A program made the translations under genes and the position numbers. From Candidatus Woesearchaeota archaeon (GTDB lineage Archaea > Nanobdellota > Nanobdellia > SCGC-AAA011-G17 > ARS1178): 28,450 nucleotides of DNA. The notes beneath the pieces were generated by a model, which had not been told where the DNA came from, ran no database searches, and saw nothing but the letters and a program-made list of their open reading frames with translations. Positions 17,202 through 28,001 of this stretch are shown here, piece by piece (position 1 is the stretch's first letter; the number at the start of each line of letters is the position of its first letter). The stretch lies in NCBI GenBank assembly GCA_964419915.1, contig CAYQQE010000001.1:9509-37958 (forward strand), in the 5' to 3' direction.

Positions 17202-20200
17202 AACCATTTTCCCAATCCTTCCTGTTTCTCAGGATCTTTTCCAAATATACTTTCAACCTTCATTTTAACTAACTCTAAACTTTGTTTTAGATAAGGAGGT
17301 AAAGCATACCTCTCAGCCAAACTAATAGCAGGTTCTAAATATTTAGTAATACCTCCTTCAAAAATAGTAAATATGATATTTCCGCCACAACCACAAATTC
17401 CACTCAAAGGAGGCCTTCTAAATTTTTCATTACATTTAACACATCTAAACTGCTGCATACTAAATTTCCTTAAATTACCTCTAATATCTCTAATAAAATG
17501 TTTCTCTATCACCAATCTAGCAACATCCATTTCATTAACCGCTCTTATTTTCTCTGCAATCTCCATCTGTCCCTTAACTTTCTCCTCCATTGTTGGTAAT
17601 AATTTATAAGCACTACATCTAACACCCTTATTCAAATCCTCAACATTATGAGTAAAACCAAAATCATAATATTCCTTCTCTGTTTCTAATCTATCTTTTA
17701 ATTGTCTTATCTTAACTTCATAAGGATATTTATATGTTTCAGCAGCCTCATACAATTCCAAAGGATATTTCCAAACAACATCCATACCATGAACCATATC
17801 ATCAACCTCAGAAGGAATAATCTTAGAAGAAATAACTAAAGGTGCATCCATACTTCTACCACCCCTTTTATCAGGCAAATATTGTCTAGAAAAATTTAAC
17901 AAACCATCCATCAACAACATTAACCCAATTTCATCACCATCACAATCCCTCCTATGTGCAGCATGATACAAAGGATGTGCTAAAAATCCTTGAGTCTTAC
18001 TAAATCCAATTATTCTTCCAACAACACCTGCAGAGGTATGTGGTGCTAAACTAATAACCAAATGACCAACCAAATCTTCTTTATTCTCAAGATGGTAATA
18101 TGCTTTTTCTCCATAAAACATAACAAGTAAATCATCAATAAACTTACTAACTCTAAAAAAAACTTTGTCTGCACCATCCTCCAAACTTTCTTCACAAGCA
18201 GGTAAAATTACATCTTGAACCTTCAACTCAATTAATTGATCATTACTTACTAACTCCTTACCATCAACATCATTCTTATACCCCAATTCTTTCAATTTTT
18301 TAATACTACTTCCTATTTCCTTAGCTTTAAAATGTGTAAGTGCCATCTCAGTCATGTCATATCTTATTGTTCCATCTTTATTCACATAAACATTATGTAA
18401 AGCTCTCAAAATCCCTTTACCTAAATGTTCTGGTATATGATTCTTATTAGATGTTCCTCTAACTCCTTTGATTAAATCAGGAGAAAACCTTAAGTCTAAA
18501 TTTTTTTTAATATTACTAAAAATCTCCTTAATATTTATACTTCGCTTATTATAAGAACTACATTTTCCATGTGTACCACATTCCTCAGTTCTGATAAATT
18601 TTTTACATCCCTCACAAAAATACAATTTTCTTGTTTTACCACCACAAAAATCGCAAACAAAAAACACAGTTTCTCTATTACATTTCTCACAAAAATAATT
18701 TGGAAAATCTCCAATTATCTGCCCTTTTTCTAAAGCACTTTGAAAACTTCTTAACCTCCCACCTTCTTTACCAACTGGAAATAAAACGTGAGGACTTCCT
18801 GTTAGTTTCCTCATCTTAGCTTTCTCAGGTCTCCCCATTCTTGCACCAATAAAAGTACCACTCTTATCCCTTAATTTTACTTCAGATAAAATATTCACCA
18901 AAACCAAAACATCTTTACTTTTACTTTCTTTCACTTTTTCAAAATCACTAATATCCTTACTATAATACCCCAATGAACACAAAAGAGCCTTGCAATCATC
19001 GCTTTGTACCACAACAGACTCTTTATTAATAACTACATGAGGGATTCCTAACAACTCTAAAACCCTCTTCACATCAATCTCTCTCAAATCACTATTAATA
19101 TTAAAAATTAAAGGTAAGATTAGTCTATCCTTTTCAATAATACCTTTACTAAACCATTCTAGTAAACTTAAAAATTGTTCTTTATTAATATCTTTCCAAT
19201 GATAAGTATACCTTGGATGTAAGGGGATGTCTAATTTCTTACTAAATCTTATAGCAATATCAGCAGAAATTTTCTTATTAATCGGATTTTCAAACAAGAT
19301 TTCTAGTTCCTTTTCACTTAACCCCACTAACGAAGATAATTTTACAAAATCTAAACCACCAAACACCTCTGTAACTTTTTTCTTAACATCTTCAATCCAC
19401 CATTCTTCACAATAACCAACTGGAACTAAAACATGATTATTTTCAGAAAAATCACCATAATTAACTAACATATCCCCCAAAAATAATATTTCTTCTATTT
19501 CAGTTAATTTATTCTTTACTACATCTAAGAATAAAACATCTCCATTTTTCAATCTAACCAAAGGTCCTTCTAAATCATCGCAAACACTCAGAACAGTAGA
19601 TTTACCAGGTCTTTCTACTTTTAATTGGGTTCCAATAGCAATAAAATTATTCAAAACAAACATTGTAAGAGGATGTATACCTCTAGAAGAATAACCACTC
19701 AATCTACTCCTTCCATACCTCAACCTAAAGCCTCCCTTAGCTAATGGATGAGTCAGTACAGGTCTACCAGCAACTAAATCAGAGATAAAAGTAAAATCAG
19801 GACTAATACCCTCTTCAAGTTTTTCTTCTTCACCTTTGCCAGCTTTAATTTTTTTTTGTAATTTCAAAAAATCCTTTAAAAAACCCCACTCTAACCCAAA
19901 ATCCTTACCCCACTCTGCCAATCTCTTCCATAACTTACCAGATTTTTGAGCAATACCCTCTGCAATAACTAAAGCAACCCCACCTCTGAGTCTATTAGTC
20001 TCTACCCTACTCAAATCCTTATAATTACTAACCTCTATTTTTTCTGTAGGATCTCCATTAATCTCAACAGGAATTCTTTCCATCAAAAACTCAACTTCTT
20101 TTTCATTTGGCATATATTGTAAATTTGTAACCCTCTCATGATAATCCCTCAACTCTGTAACATATCTTTTGATTTCTAAATCAGTAGGATCATAAACATC

Positions 20201-20716
20201 ATAACCCCTTAATTTTCTAACATAATCTACCAAAATAACAGAAAAAGCAGCAGCAGTTCCTCCAGCACCCCTAATAGGACCAGCATACCATGCAGATAAA
20301 TATTTCTTACCATCCCCTCTATCTTTTATTTTTAATTCTATAAAACCTTCTAAAGGAGCAGAAACAACACCCAAAGTTAAATATGCAAAACCGACCCTTA
20401 TAGCTGTTTCCATAGCTTCTTTCTCATTTTTAAAAGAACAAAATTTTCCTTTTAAGGTCTCTTCAGCAATTTTCAAAGCAATCCTCCAATCTAAAATACC
20501 ATATTCTGTTTCTAATTCTTTGATTCTTTCAGCAATACCTGAATCAAAAACCTGTCCAACCTCAACACTTACCAAGCCCTCAACTCTTTTACCAATACCA
20601 GTAGCTAAAGGAATATCCACCTTATTCTCAGGATCTAAACCTTTTTTCCTAGCTTTTCCAGCTATTTCATAAGCCCCTTTAATTACATTATCCAAAGCCA
20701 AAAAATAATCTTCCAT
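17198..20716 (-). CDS. polC: DNA polymerase D large subunit DP2
   Basis: YAGPIRGAGGT, GGFRLRYGRSR, FIGARMGRPEKA, catalytic RRDCDGDE, Cys4 zinc motifs, C-terminal PIP-like QEGLGKWF. No intein seen. Confidence 0.98.
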   Translation of the reverse strand: MEDYFLALDNVIKGAYEIAGKARKKGLDPENKVDIPLATGIGKRVEGLVSVEVGQVFDSGIAERIKELETEYGILDWRIALKIAEETLKGKFCSFKNEKEAMETAIRVGFAYLTLGVVSAPLEGFIELKIKDRGDGKKYLSAWYAGPIRGAGGTAAAFSVILVDYVRKLRGYDVYDPTDLEIKRYVTELRDYHERVTNLQYMPNEKEVEFLMERIPVEINGDPTEKIEVSNYKDLSRVETNRLRGGVALVIAEGIAQKSGKLWKRLAEWGKDFGLEWGFLKDFLKLQKKIKAGKGEEEKLEEGISPDFTFISDLVAGRPVLTHPLAKGGFRLRYGRSRLSGYSSRGIHPLTMFVLNNFIAIGTQLKVERPGKSTVLSVCDDLEGPLVRLKNGDVLFLDVVKNKLTEIEEILFLGDMLVNYGDFSENNHVLVPVGYCEEWWIEDVKKKVTEVFGGLDFVKLSSLVGLSEKELEILFENPINKKISADIAIRFSKKLDIPLHPRYTYHWKDINKEQFLSLLEWFSKGIIEKDRLILPLIFNINSDLREIDVKRVLELLGIPHVVINKESVVVQSDDCKALLCSLGYYSKDISDFEKVKESKSKDVLVLVNILSEVKLRDKSGTFIGARMGRPEKAKMRKLTGSPHVLFPVGKEGGRLRSFQSALEKGQIIGDFPNYFCEKCNRETVFFVCDFCGGKTRKLYFCEGCKKFIRTEECGTHGKCSSYNKRSINIKEIFSNIKKNLDLRFSPDLIKGVRGTSNKNHIPEHLGKGILRALHNVYVNKDGTIRYDMTEMALTHFKAKEIGSSIKKLKELGYKNDVDGKELVSNDQLIELKVQDVILPACEESLEDGADKVFFRVSKFIDDLLVMFYGEKAYYHLENKEDLVGHLVISLAPHTSAGVVGRIIGFSKTQGFLAHPLYHAAHRRDCDGDEIGLMLLMDGLLNFSRQYLPDKRGGRSMDAPLVISSKIIPSEVDDMVHGMDVVWKYPLELYEAAETYKYPYEVKIRQLKDRLETEKEYYDFGFTHNVEDLNKGVRCSAYKLLPTMEEKVKGQMEIAEKIRAVNEMDVARLVIEKHFIRDIRGNLRKFSMQQFRCVKCNEKFRRPPLSGICGCGGNIIFTIFEGGITKYLEPAISLAERYALPPYLKQSLELVKMKVESIFGKDPEKQEGLGKWF

Positions 20717-20718
20717 AC

Positions 20719-22284
20719 CTAAAATCTCAACATCTTAACTTCTCTAGTTTGCAAATTAACAATCGGTACTCGAGAAGGTTCAGGATCGTGCCCAACTTTT
20801 TCTTGAAAACTAGTTCTATTTTGCCAACAACTACCACATATTAAGGTTACCCCATTATAATTACTAATTTTTGCTTTATGAATATGTCCAGTAACAAAAA
20901 AATCAGGAACTCTCTCTATCACCAATGGATCAATTTTAGAAGGAACATATAAAGTTGAACCATGTGCAGGAGCTAAATGTCTTTTCTGCAATAATAATTT
21001 CATAAGCATATCAACACTATCATAACCACCATTATTTCTTATCTTTTTTACCTCAGAAACATAATAATCAAAACAATAACCATGGTATAACAAAACATTA
21101 AAACCATCAAAATCCATACTAGATGAGATATTTACTAAACTTGGATTACTAACCATTACAACATTAGATAGGTTCCATAAAGACCTTGCATATTTTTCAT
21201 AAATAACAGGTTGTGGTTCTGCTATCCTCGAAGCATCATGATTACCAGGGCAAATAATTATTTTAATATGTTCGGGTACCATCTTTAATAACTCCGCACA
21301 TTTTTCATATTGTTCTTCAACACTTTTAAGAACAAGTTCCTTATCCTGGTCTGGGTAAATACCTACTCCATCAATTAAATCACCAACAATGAATAAATAT
21401 TTCACTTTTTTAGCAATTCTTCTTTGGATAAAATTACCAGACTTTCCACTAATCCACCCCAAAAATTTTAAAAAACTTTTCTCCAAAAACATATTACTCC
21501 CAACATGGATATCAGAAATAAAAACTGCGAATTCATCATTTGGAGATTTCTTTAATTCCATAAAAGGGATACCTGGAAAAAATACCTCATTAACAAATAA
21601 TATCCCATCACCCATAACACCACTTACACCAATTACTTCATCTAAAACAATCTCGTCAACAAAACCGTTGATTTCCTCTCTATTTTTATTGACAATAACA
21701 TTGATTTTACCACTAGGATCCTCTAAAGTCAAAATGCAATTTCCATTTTTACTATTCCTCTTATCATAAACAACACCAATCAAAGAAACTTTTTCTCCTC
21801 TACATTTACCATTAACTTTACTAATAGACACTAAGTTGTCCATTCTTTTCCTTAACAACTCTGACAAAACATCATATCTTCTTCTAAAATAAGAAACAAA
21901 AGTTTTTACTTCCATTTTACTAGACATTTCAGCATAAGAATTCAAAATTTTTACGCTACTTTCTTCTAACCTAACTTCTTTGTTGATCTCAGGAACCTTA
22001 TAACCATTCAAAACACCTATAAAATTTTCATATAGTTTATTGTTCTTCCCTTTCTCTGAAAAAACTTTAGAGCTCTCAAAATCTTCCCAGTTAAGATTCA
22101 AAGAAGAATTAGATAAAGAAAATAAAACATCTCTATTTAATAACAAAAATTTATTAGTTATAATCTTCTTATCGATCAATTCTAAAACATTATCATCCAT
22201 ACTCTCATCTAATAAATCTGGACTAATCAAAATATTTTTATCTAAAAACTTTAATACAATTTCCTTCCTATTATCCCCAATCAT
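20719..22284 (-). CDS. polB: DNA polymerase D small subunit DP1 (proofreading exonuclease)
   Basis: OB domain plus calcineurin-like motifs SDIHVGS, GDLIDG, PGNHD, YHG, GHIH. Confidence 0.97.
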   Translation of the reverse strand: MIGDNRKEIVLKFLDKNILISPDLLDESMDDNVLELIDKKIITNKFLLLNRDVLFSLSNSSLNLNWEDFESSKVFSEKGKNNKLYENFIGVLNGYKVPEINKEVRLEESSVKILNSYAEMSSKMEVKTFVSYFRRRYDVLSELLRKRMDNLVSISKVNGKCRGEKVSLIGVVYDKRNSKNGNCILTLEDPSGKINVIVNKNREEINGFVDEIVLDEVIGVSGVMGDGILFVNEVFFPGIPFMELKKSPNDEFAVFISDIHVGSNMFLEKSFLKFLGWISGKSGNFIQRRIAKKVKYLFIVGDLIDGVGIYPDQDKELVLKSVEEQYEKCAELLKMVPEHIKIIICPGNHDASRIAEPQPVIYEKYARSLWNLSNVVMVSNPSLVNISSSMDFDGFNVLLYHGYCFDYYVSEVKKIRNNGGYDSVDMLMKLLLQKRHLAPAHGSTLYVPSKIDPLVIERVPDFFVTGHIHKAKISNYNGVTLICGSCWQNRTSFQEKVGHDPEPSRVPIVNLQTREVKMLRF

Positions 22285-23486
22285 AAACTTAGAGTATCTT
22301 TCAAAACCTCCTCAACTTTTAGAACATTAGCAGAAGGTAAGGCTAAAGTAATTTCTTTACTTCTTCCATATCTCCCTTTACTGATTACCCTGCCAGTAAT
22401 AATTCCCATCATATCTAATTCATTGATTATATCACTAACTCTCCTCTGTGTTAATGGTTTTAAACCAACTTTCAAACAATTATCTCTATAAACCCCAAAA
22501 ACATCTCCTGTAGATATACCTTTATTATTCAAAGCACAAACAGAAATTATAGAATACAAAGTCAATTGAAATTGTTTTGGTTGTGTATTAATTATTTCCA
22601 AAACCATGTCATTCTCAATTTTCTCCTCAGCCTCATCAATATGTTCAATACCTATACTGTTATCACCTTTCCTCTCTGCTAATTCTCCGGCCACCCTTAA
22701 CAAATCCAAAGCTCTTCTAGCATCACCATGTTCTCTAGCTGCATAAGCAGCACATTTTTCAATAACACCCTTTTTTATAACATTCTTCCTAAAACTTAAT
22801 TTAGACCTCTTTCTTAAAATATCTTGCAATTGTAAAGCATTGTAAGGTGGAAATACTAATTCCTCTTCACTTAAGCTACTTTTCACCCTCGCATCAATAT
22901 TATTCATGAAAAACAAATTATTTGATATTCCAATTAAAGATATTTCTGCATTTTGTAATTCTGGATTCAACCTTGTTAGATTATATAATATCCCATCACC
23001 CATCTTATTAACTAATTGGTCAATCTCATCTAAAACTAATATTAACAATTGCTTCTTATCATCGATAGCTTCAATAAATATTTTGTAAACCTCATCTGTT
23101 GGTAAACCGGTTGCGGGTACCTCTTTCCCAAACATTCTGGCTAATTGTGCTATTAATCTATATTCAGTATCAGCCACCCTTTTTAATTTACAATTCAAAT
23201 AAAAAAACTTTAAATCTATACCCTTCTCTTTTACAATCTCATCTACATTATTTATAATAGATTTTATAGTTAATGTTTTCCCAGTCCCTGCTTTACCATA
23301 AATAAATAGATTGGATGGCTTCTCTAACTTTAAACTAGGAGCCAAAATATTAGCAACGTGCTCTATTTGTTTCTCTCTATGTGGGATAGTCTCAGGAGTA
23401 TAACTGGCTTGTAAAATTTTTTTATCAATAAATAATGGTTCCTTCTTTAAATACTTTTCAAAAAACCCAGATAATTTATTTGGCAT
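22281..23486 (-). CDS. cdc6: Orc1/Cdc6 replication initiator
   Basis: PHREKQI, Walker A GKAGTGKT, Walker B LDEID, GDARRALDLLR, C-terminal winged helix (RVSDIINELDMMGII...GRYGR). Confidence 0.97.
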   Translation of the reverse strand: MPNKLSGFFEKYLKKEPLFIDKKILQASYTPETIPHREKQIEHVANILAPSLKLEKPSNLFIYGKAGTGKTLTIKSIINNVDEIVKEKGIDLKFFYLNCKLKRVADTEYRLIAQLARMFGKEVPATGLPTDEVYKIFIEAIDDKKQLLILVLDEIDQLVNKMGDGILYNLTRLNPELQNAEISLIGISNNLFFMNNIDARVKSSLSEEELVFPPYNALQLQDILRKRSKLSFRKNVIKKGVIEKCAAYAAREHGDARRALDLLRVAGELAERKGDNSIGIEHIDEAEEKIENDMVLEIINTQPKQFQLTLYSIISVCALNNKGISTGDVFGVYRDNCLKVGLKPLTQRRVSDIINELDMMGIITGRVISKGRYGRSKEITLALPSANVLKVEEVLKDTLSL

Positions 23487-23508
23487 TCTTTTTCAGATAC
23501 TCAACATA

Positions 23509-23516
23509 TATATAAA
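23509..23516 (-). promoter_or_regulatory. TATA box of cdc6-DP1-DP2 operon
   Basis: AAAAG-TTTATATA 22 nt upstream of the cdc6 ATG. Confidence 0.65.
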
Positions 23517-23543
23517 CTTTTATATCTTAAAAAATAACCCTTA

Positions 23544-23813
23544 CACCTATATTTCCATTGGAAAAATAACAAGAATAATTTCATTCTAAATAAAAATTTA
23601 TTGTTACTATAACGCACCCCAACTTCCTATAGAAACTAAAAAATAACAACAATAATGAAAAAGCTTAAAATATACTTCCAATATAAAATTAACTTAAAAA
23701 CAAAATATATTACAATTTAAATAAAACTATCCTAACTAAAACTCCACAAGAAATGCACCCTGGACTAATCAAAACATTTTTATCTATCTTATACTCCAAA
23801 AGAAATCAAGGTG
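23544..23813. promoter_or_regulatory. Candidate replication origin (oriC) with ORB-like repeats flanking an AT-rich segment
   Basis: Minus strand: TTCCAATGGAAATATAGGTG (23563-23544) and TTTCTATAGGAAGTTGGGGTG (23635-23615). Plus strand: CTCCACAAGAAAT (23742-23754) and CTCCAAAAGAAATCAAGGTG (23794-23813). AT-rich 23637-23741 lies between them. Directly upstream of cdc6. Confidence 0.75.
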
Positions 23814-24073
23814 TCAGAGGACCTAAAACTTATTTTTGGATATATCTTTTATTAATATTACTCCACTAAAACATTATAAAATTTGATAATATAACTATTA
23901 CAACCAATTCAACCTATTTACATCTATTATCCTATTTTAAATCCTTTTCTTAGAGAAATATACCCTCTTAACAAACCATAACTTTTTATCAATTTAAAGC
24001 AAAAATACAATCCTTATTCAAACTCAAAAACAATCTTCCAAACATATATTATCAAAAAATAACTCTCATTTCA

Positions 24074-24088
24074 CGAAAACTTTATAAA
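24074..24088 (+). promoter_or_regulatory. BRE + TATA box of PRC-barrel gene
   Basis: CGAAAAC-TTTATAAA ending 24 nt before ATG 24113. Confidence 0.7.
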
Positions 24089-24112
24089 CAAGTATTGATT
24101 TTAAAAGCATTA

Positions 24113-24373
24113 ATGACAGAAGAAAAATTATTTGCTAGACAATTTAGTGGTAAAACCATTATAAGTAAAACAGGTAAAAAATTTGGGGAAGTAAGTAATC
24201 TAGTCTTTGAAACAAGAACTGGTGAATTAATACAAGTAGTTCTTAAAAATCCAACAATTTACACAGCTAATCTGACTTTAGAAAGGGATAAAGATGGGAA
24301 TTCACTGATTCCATTCTCATCCGTAATTGCAGTAGGCGACTTTGTAGTTATTGCAGAAGAAGATATTGTTTGA
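24113..24373 (+). CDS. Single PRC-barrel protein (CdpB-like)
   Basis: FSGKTIISKTGKKFGEVSNLVFETRTGEL...LIPFSSVIAVGDFVVI. ATG 24113 is preferred over TTG 24095 given the promoter position. Confidence 0.88.
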   Translation: MTEEKLFARQFSGKTIISKTGKKFGEVSNLVFETRTGELIQVVLKNPTIYTANLTLERDKDGNSLIPFSSVIAVGDFVVIAEEDIV

Positions 24374-24422
24374 TTTCTCAGTTAAGTTTATAAAACCATG
24401 ATTTATCTTTTTAAACTCTAAA

Positions 24423-26261
24423 ATGAACTTCAAGACTACAAAAGAAATAAAAGTATCAAAGAATTTAGTAGACCAGATTATAGGTCAAGATCAAGCCGTT
24501 AATTTAATTAAAAAAGCAGCAAAACAAAAACGGCATGTTGTGTTGATAGGCGCATCAGGTACAGGAAAATCTATGCTCGGTCAAGCCCTATCAGAATTAT
24601 TACCAAAAGAAAAATTAACAGATATCTTGTCCATACCAAACACCCTAGACGAAAATTCTCCAAAAATAAAAACCATATCTAAAGGTTTAGGTAAAAATAT
24701 AATCACAAGATCCAGACTTCAAACAACATCTTATCTTAAATACCAAAATATACTTTTTTTTATATTAGTAATTCTAGCAATGATTACACCTTGGTGGATA
24801 AGGAAACAATATGGGGATATATTAGCAGCAGCAGCTTTGATAAGTTCTATGTTGTTCCTCACAACTTTCATTATTTTTATGAACTTAAATAGAAAAATAA
24901 AAATCCAAGAAAATACCCCTAAACTATTAATTGATAATTCAGATAAGGATCAAGCACCATTCATTGATTGTACAGGTGCACATGCAGGTGCCCTGTTAGG
25001 AGACGTTCTACACGATCCATTACAATCAGGTGGCTTAGGAACACCAGCACACGAACGTTTGATTCCAGGAGCAATTCATAAAGCAAATAAAGGAGTCCTC
25101 TTTGTAGATGAAATAGCAACATTAAAACCAGAAATGCAACAAGAATTATTAACAGTATTACAAGAAAAAAAATATCCAATAACAGGACAATCAGAACGTT
25201 CTTCAGGGGCCATGGTTAGATCAGAACCAGTACCAGCCGATTTTATTTTAGTAGCAGCAGGAACTTTAGATACAGTAAAACAAATGCACCCAGCTTTACG
25301 ATCAAGAATTCGTGGGTATGGTTATGAAGTCTACATGAATGAAACAATGCCAGATACCAAAGAAAACATAGATAAATTAGCACGTTTTGTTGCTCAAGAA
25401 ATCAAAAAAGATAAAAAAATTCCACATTTTACAAGATCTGCAGTTGATTTTATTATTCAAGAAGCAAGAAAAAGATCAGGTAAATCAAATTCCATAACGT
25501 TAAGATTAAGAGAATTAGGTGGTTTGATAAGAGCTGCTGGGGATGTAGCAAAAGAAGAAAATTTATCTTTAGTTACACCATTACATATTCAAAAAGCAAA
25601 ATCATTTGCAAGAACATTAGAACAACAAATAGCAGATAAATATATAGAAAACAAAAAAGAATATCAAATAATTTCAGTAATAGGAACAAAGATAGGTCAT
25701 ATCAATGGCTTAGCTGTGATAGGTTCAAAAGATTCATTCTCCGGAATTGTTCTTCCAATAGAATCAGAAATTACAAAAGGAAATCAAAAAACAGAATTCA
25801 TAGCAACAGGCCAACTCGGTAAAATAGCAAAAGAAGCAGTTAAAAATGTCTCAGCTATTATTCTCAAGTACTTTGGAGAAGATATAAAAGAATATACAAT
25901 TTTCACACAATTCCTTCAAACAGAATCAGGAGTTGAAGGAGACTCAGCATCAATAGCAGTAGCAACCTCAATTATTTCAGCCCTAAAACAAATCCCAATA
26001 AGACAAGACACAGCATTAACAGGTTCATTATCAGTTAGAGGAGATGTTCTAGCTGTTGGTGGCATAACACAAAAAGTAGAAGCAGCAATAGAAGCACGAA
26101 TCCCAAGAGTAATAATTCCAAAATCAAATGAAAAAGATGTTTTACTTACAAAAGAAGATTTTAAAAAAATAAAGATCATTCCTGCCTCAACAATCAAAGA
26201 AGTTCTTAAAGAATCTCTTGACTGGAAAGGGAAAGAAGATATTCTTGAAAAAATCAAATAA
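24423..26261 (+). CDS. lonB: Archaeal membrane-anchored Lon protease (LonB)
   Basis: DQIIGQD, Walker A GASGTGKS, two-TM insertion, Walker [15 protein letters not shown], catalytic Ser EGDSAS and Lys VGGITQK. Confidence 0.96.
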   Translation: MNFKTTKEIKVSKNLVDQIIGQDQAVNLIKKAAKQKRHVVLIGASGTGKSMLGQALSELLPKEKLTDILSIPNTLDENSPKIKTISKGLGKNIITRSRLQTTSYLKYQNILFFILVILAMITPWWIRKQYGDILAAAALISSMLFLTTFIIFMNLNRKIKIQENTPKLLIDNSDKDQAPFIDCTGAHAGALLGDVLHDPLQSGGLGTPAHERLIPGAIHKANKGVLFVDEIATLKPEMQQELLTVLQEKKYPITGQSERSSGAMVRSEPVPADFILVAAGTLDTVKQMHPALRSRIRGYGYEVYMNETMPDTKENIDKLARFVAQEIKKDKKIPHFTRSAVDFIIQEARKRSGKSNSITLRLRELGGLIRAAGDVAKEENLSLVTPLHIQKAKSFARTLEQQIADKYIENKKEYQIISVIGTKIGHINGLAVIGSKDSFSGIVLPIESEITKGNQKTEFIATGQLGKIAKEAVKNVSAIILKYFGEDIKEYTIFTQFLQTESGVEGDSASIAVATSIISALKQIPIRQDTALTGSLSVRGDVLAVGGITQKVEAAIEARIPRVIIPKSNEKDVLLTKEDFKKIKIIPASTIKEVLKESLDWKGKEDILEKIK

Positions 26262-26291
26262 TTTAAAAACATAAACCTCTTCCTAATTCCT

Positions 26292-27956
26292 ATGTTTAAA
26301 GAACAAATTATCAAACTTCTAAAAAAACAAAATATTAAAAATATAATTTTAGAAATTCCGCCATCACCAGAACTAGGGGATTATGCCTTTCCATGTTTCT
26401 CTCTATCTAAACAACAAAAACAACCACCTCAACAAATAGCTTTAGAACTTTCAAAAAGACTAACACCAACACAAATAATAACAAAAATACAACCAACAGG
26501 ACCATATATAAATTTCTTCATAAACAAAAACAAATCAGCAGAAATTATTCTAAAAAAAATATTAAAAGAAAAAGATAACTACGGTAAAACAAAATCAAAA
26601 AAACAAACCATTATGGTGGAATATCCATCACCAAACACAAATAAACCACTCCATTTAGGTCATCTAAGGAATATATCGATAGGAGATTCAATTTCAAATA
26701 TCTTAGAGTTTCAAAATAACAAAGTAATAAGAACAAATCTAAACAATGATAGGGGTGTTCATATCTCAAAATCAATGTTAGCATATCAAAAATGGGGTAA
26801 TAACAAAAAACCAAATAAAAAATCAGATCACTTTGTAGGAGACTTTTATGTTTTATTCTCTAAAAATTCTCAAAAAAATCCAAATTTAGAGCAAGAAGCT
26901 CAAGATTTACTTAAAAACTGGGAACAAAAAGACAAAGAAACAGTAAGATTATCAAAAAAAATGAATTCTTGGGCCTTAGAGGGTTTTAAAGAAACATACA
27001 AAAAGTTCAATGTAAAACCTTTCAACAAAACATATTATGAAAGTCAAATATACAAAAAAGGTAAACAATTAGTTTTAAAATATCTTAAAAAGGGAATCTT
27101 CAAAAAAAGAAAAGATAATGCAATAATAATAAATTTAAAGGATTTAGGAGAAAAAGTTCTTCTGAGACCAAATGGGACAACAGTTTATATAACACAAGAC
27201 CTGTGTCTAGCTCAATTAAAAAGTTATCAATTCAACTTAGATAAATCCATATATGTTGTAGGTAACGAACAAGATTATCATTTTCAAGTCTTGTTTAAAA
27301 TACTCAAACTTTTGGGATTAAAATCAAATTTTTATCACCTGAGTTATGGAATGATATTCTTACCAGAAGGAAAAATGAAATCAAGAGAAGGAATAGTTGT
27401 AGACGCTGACAATATAATCCAAGAGATGCAAAATCTAGCAAAAAAAGAAATTCAAAAAAGAAATATGATATCAAAAATAAAAATTAAAAAAACATCCCAT
27501 CAAATAGCACTAGCAGCAATAAGATACTTCATGTTAAAACAAGATATTATTAAAGATATTTATTTTAATCCAAAAGAATCAATTTCTCTTGAAGGCGACA
27601 CTGGCCCATACCTCCAATACACACACGCAAGAGCAAATTCAATACTCAAAAAAGTAAAACACTCCCCAAAATTCACTTATAAAATAACCACCCAAATAGA
27701 AACAGAAATTATAAAAAAACTTCAACAATTCCCAGAATTAATCGAAAAATCAACCAACAACCTAAAACCAAATCTGTTAGCAAACTACATCCATGAATTA
27801 GCCCAATTATTTAATGAATTCTATCATTCATGTCCAGTTATCAAAGAACCAAACAAAGATATTAAAAATACACGAGTGTCTATTGTAAAAGCAACAAAAC
27901 AAGTTTTAAACACATCTTTAAATCTTTTAGGAATCACACCACTAAATCAAATGTAA
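26292..27956 (+). CDS. argS: Arginyl-tRNA synthetase
   Basis: GDYAFPCF, VEYPSPNTNKPLHLGHLRN (HIGH), KMKSREG, DALR-type C-terminus (GDTGPYLQYTHARANSIL). Confidence 0.97.
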   Translation: MFKEQIIKLLKKQNIKNIILEIPPSPELGDYAFPCFSLSKQQKQPPQQIALELSKRLTPTQIITKIQPTGPYINFFINKNKSAEIILKKILKEKDNYGKTKSKKQTIMVEYPSPNTNKPLHLGHLRNISIGDSISNILEFQNNKVIRTNLNNDRGVHISKSMLAYQKWGNNKKPNKKSDHFVGDFYVLFSKNSQKNPNLEQEAQDLLKNWEQKDKETVRLSKKMNSWALEGFKETYKKFNVKPFNKTYYESQIYKKGKQLVLKYLKKGIFKKRKDNAIIINLKDLGEKVLLRPNGTTVYITQDLCLAQLKSYQFNLDKSIYVVGNEQDYHFQVLFKILKLLGLKSNFYHLSYGMIFLPEGKMKSREGIVVDADNIIQEMQNLAKKEIQKRNMISKIKIKKTSHQIALAAIRYFMLKQDIIKDIYFNPKESISLEGDTGPYLQYTHARANSILKKVKHSPKFTYKITTQIETEIIKKLQQFPELIEKSTNNLKPNLLANYIHELAQLFNEFYHSCPVIKEPNKDIKNTRVSIVKATKQVLNTSLNLLGITPLNQM

Positions 27957-28001
27957 CCTAAAAACACAAACTTTAAATAACCTCCTTTATTAAGATAAAA
28001 A

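Noticed and set aside
17198-20716. Intein in DP2
   Set aside because: Length (1172 aa) is normal, motifs are contiguous, and no intein splice or LAGLIDADG signatures were seen.
23487-24112. CRISPR array, tRNA or small ORF in the long intergenic region
   Set aside because: No regularly spaced identical repeats, no cloverleaf or T-loop consensus, and only very short ORFs; the repeats present fit ORBs.
24423-26261. Walker A variant GASGTGKS in LonB as a sign of inactivation
   Set aside because: The GxxGxGKS core, Walker B and Ser-Lys dyad are intact.
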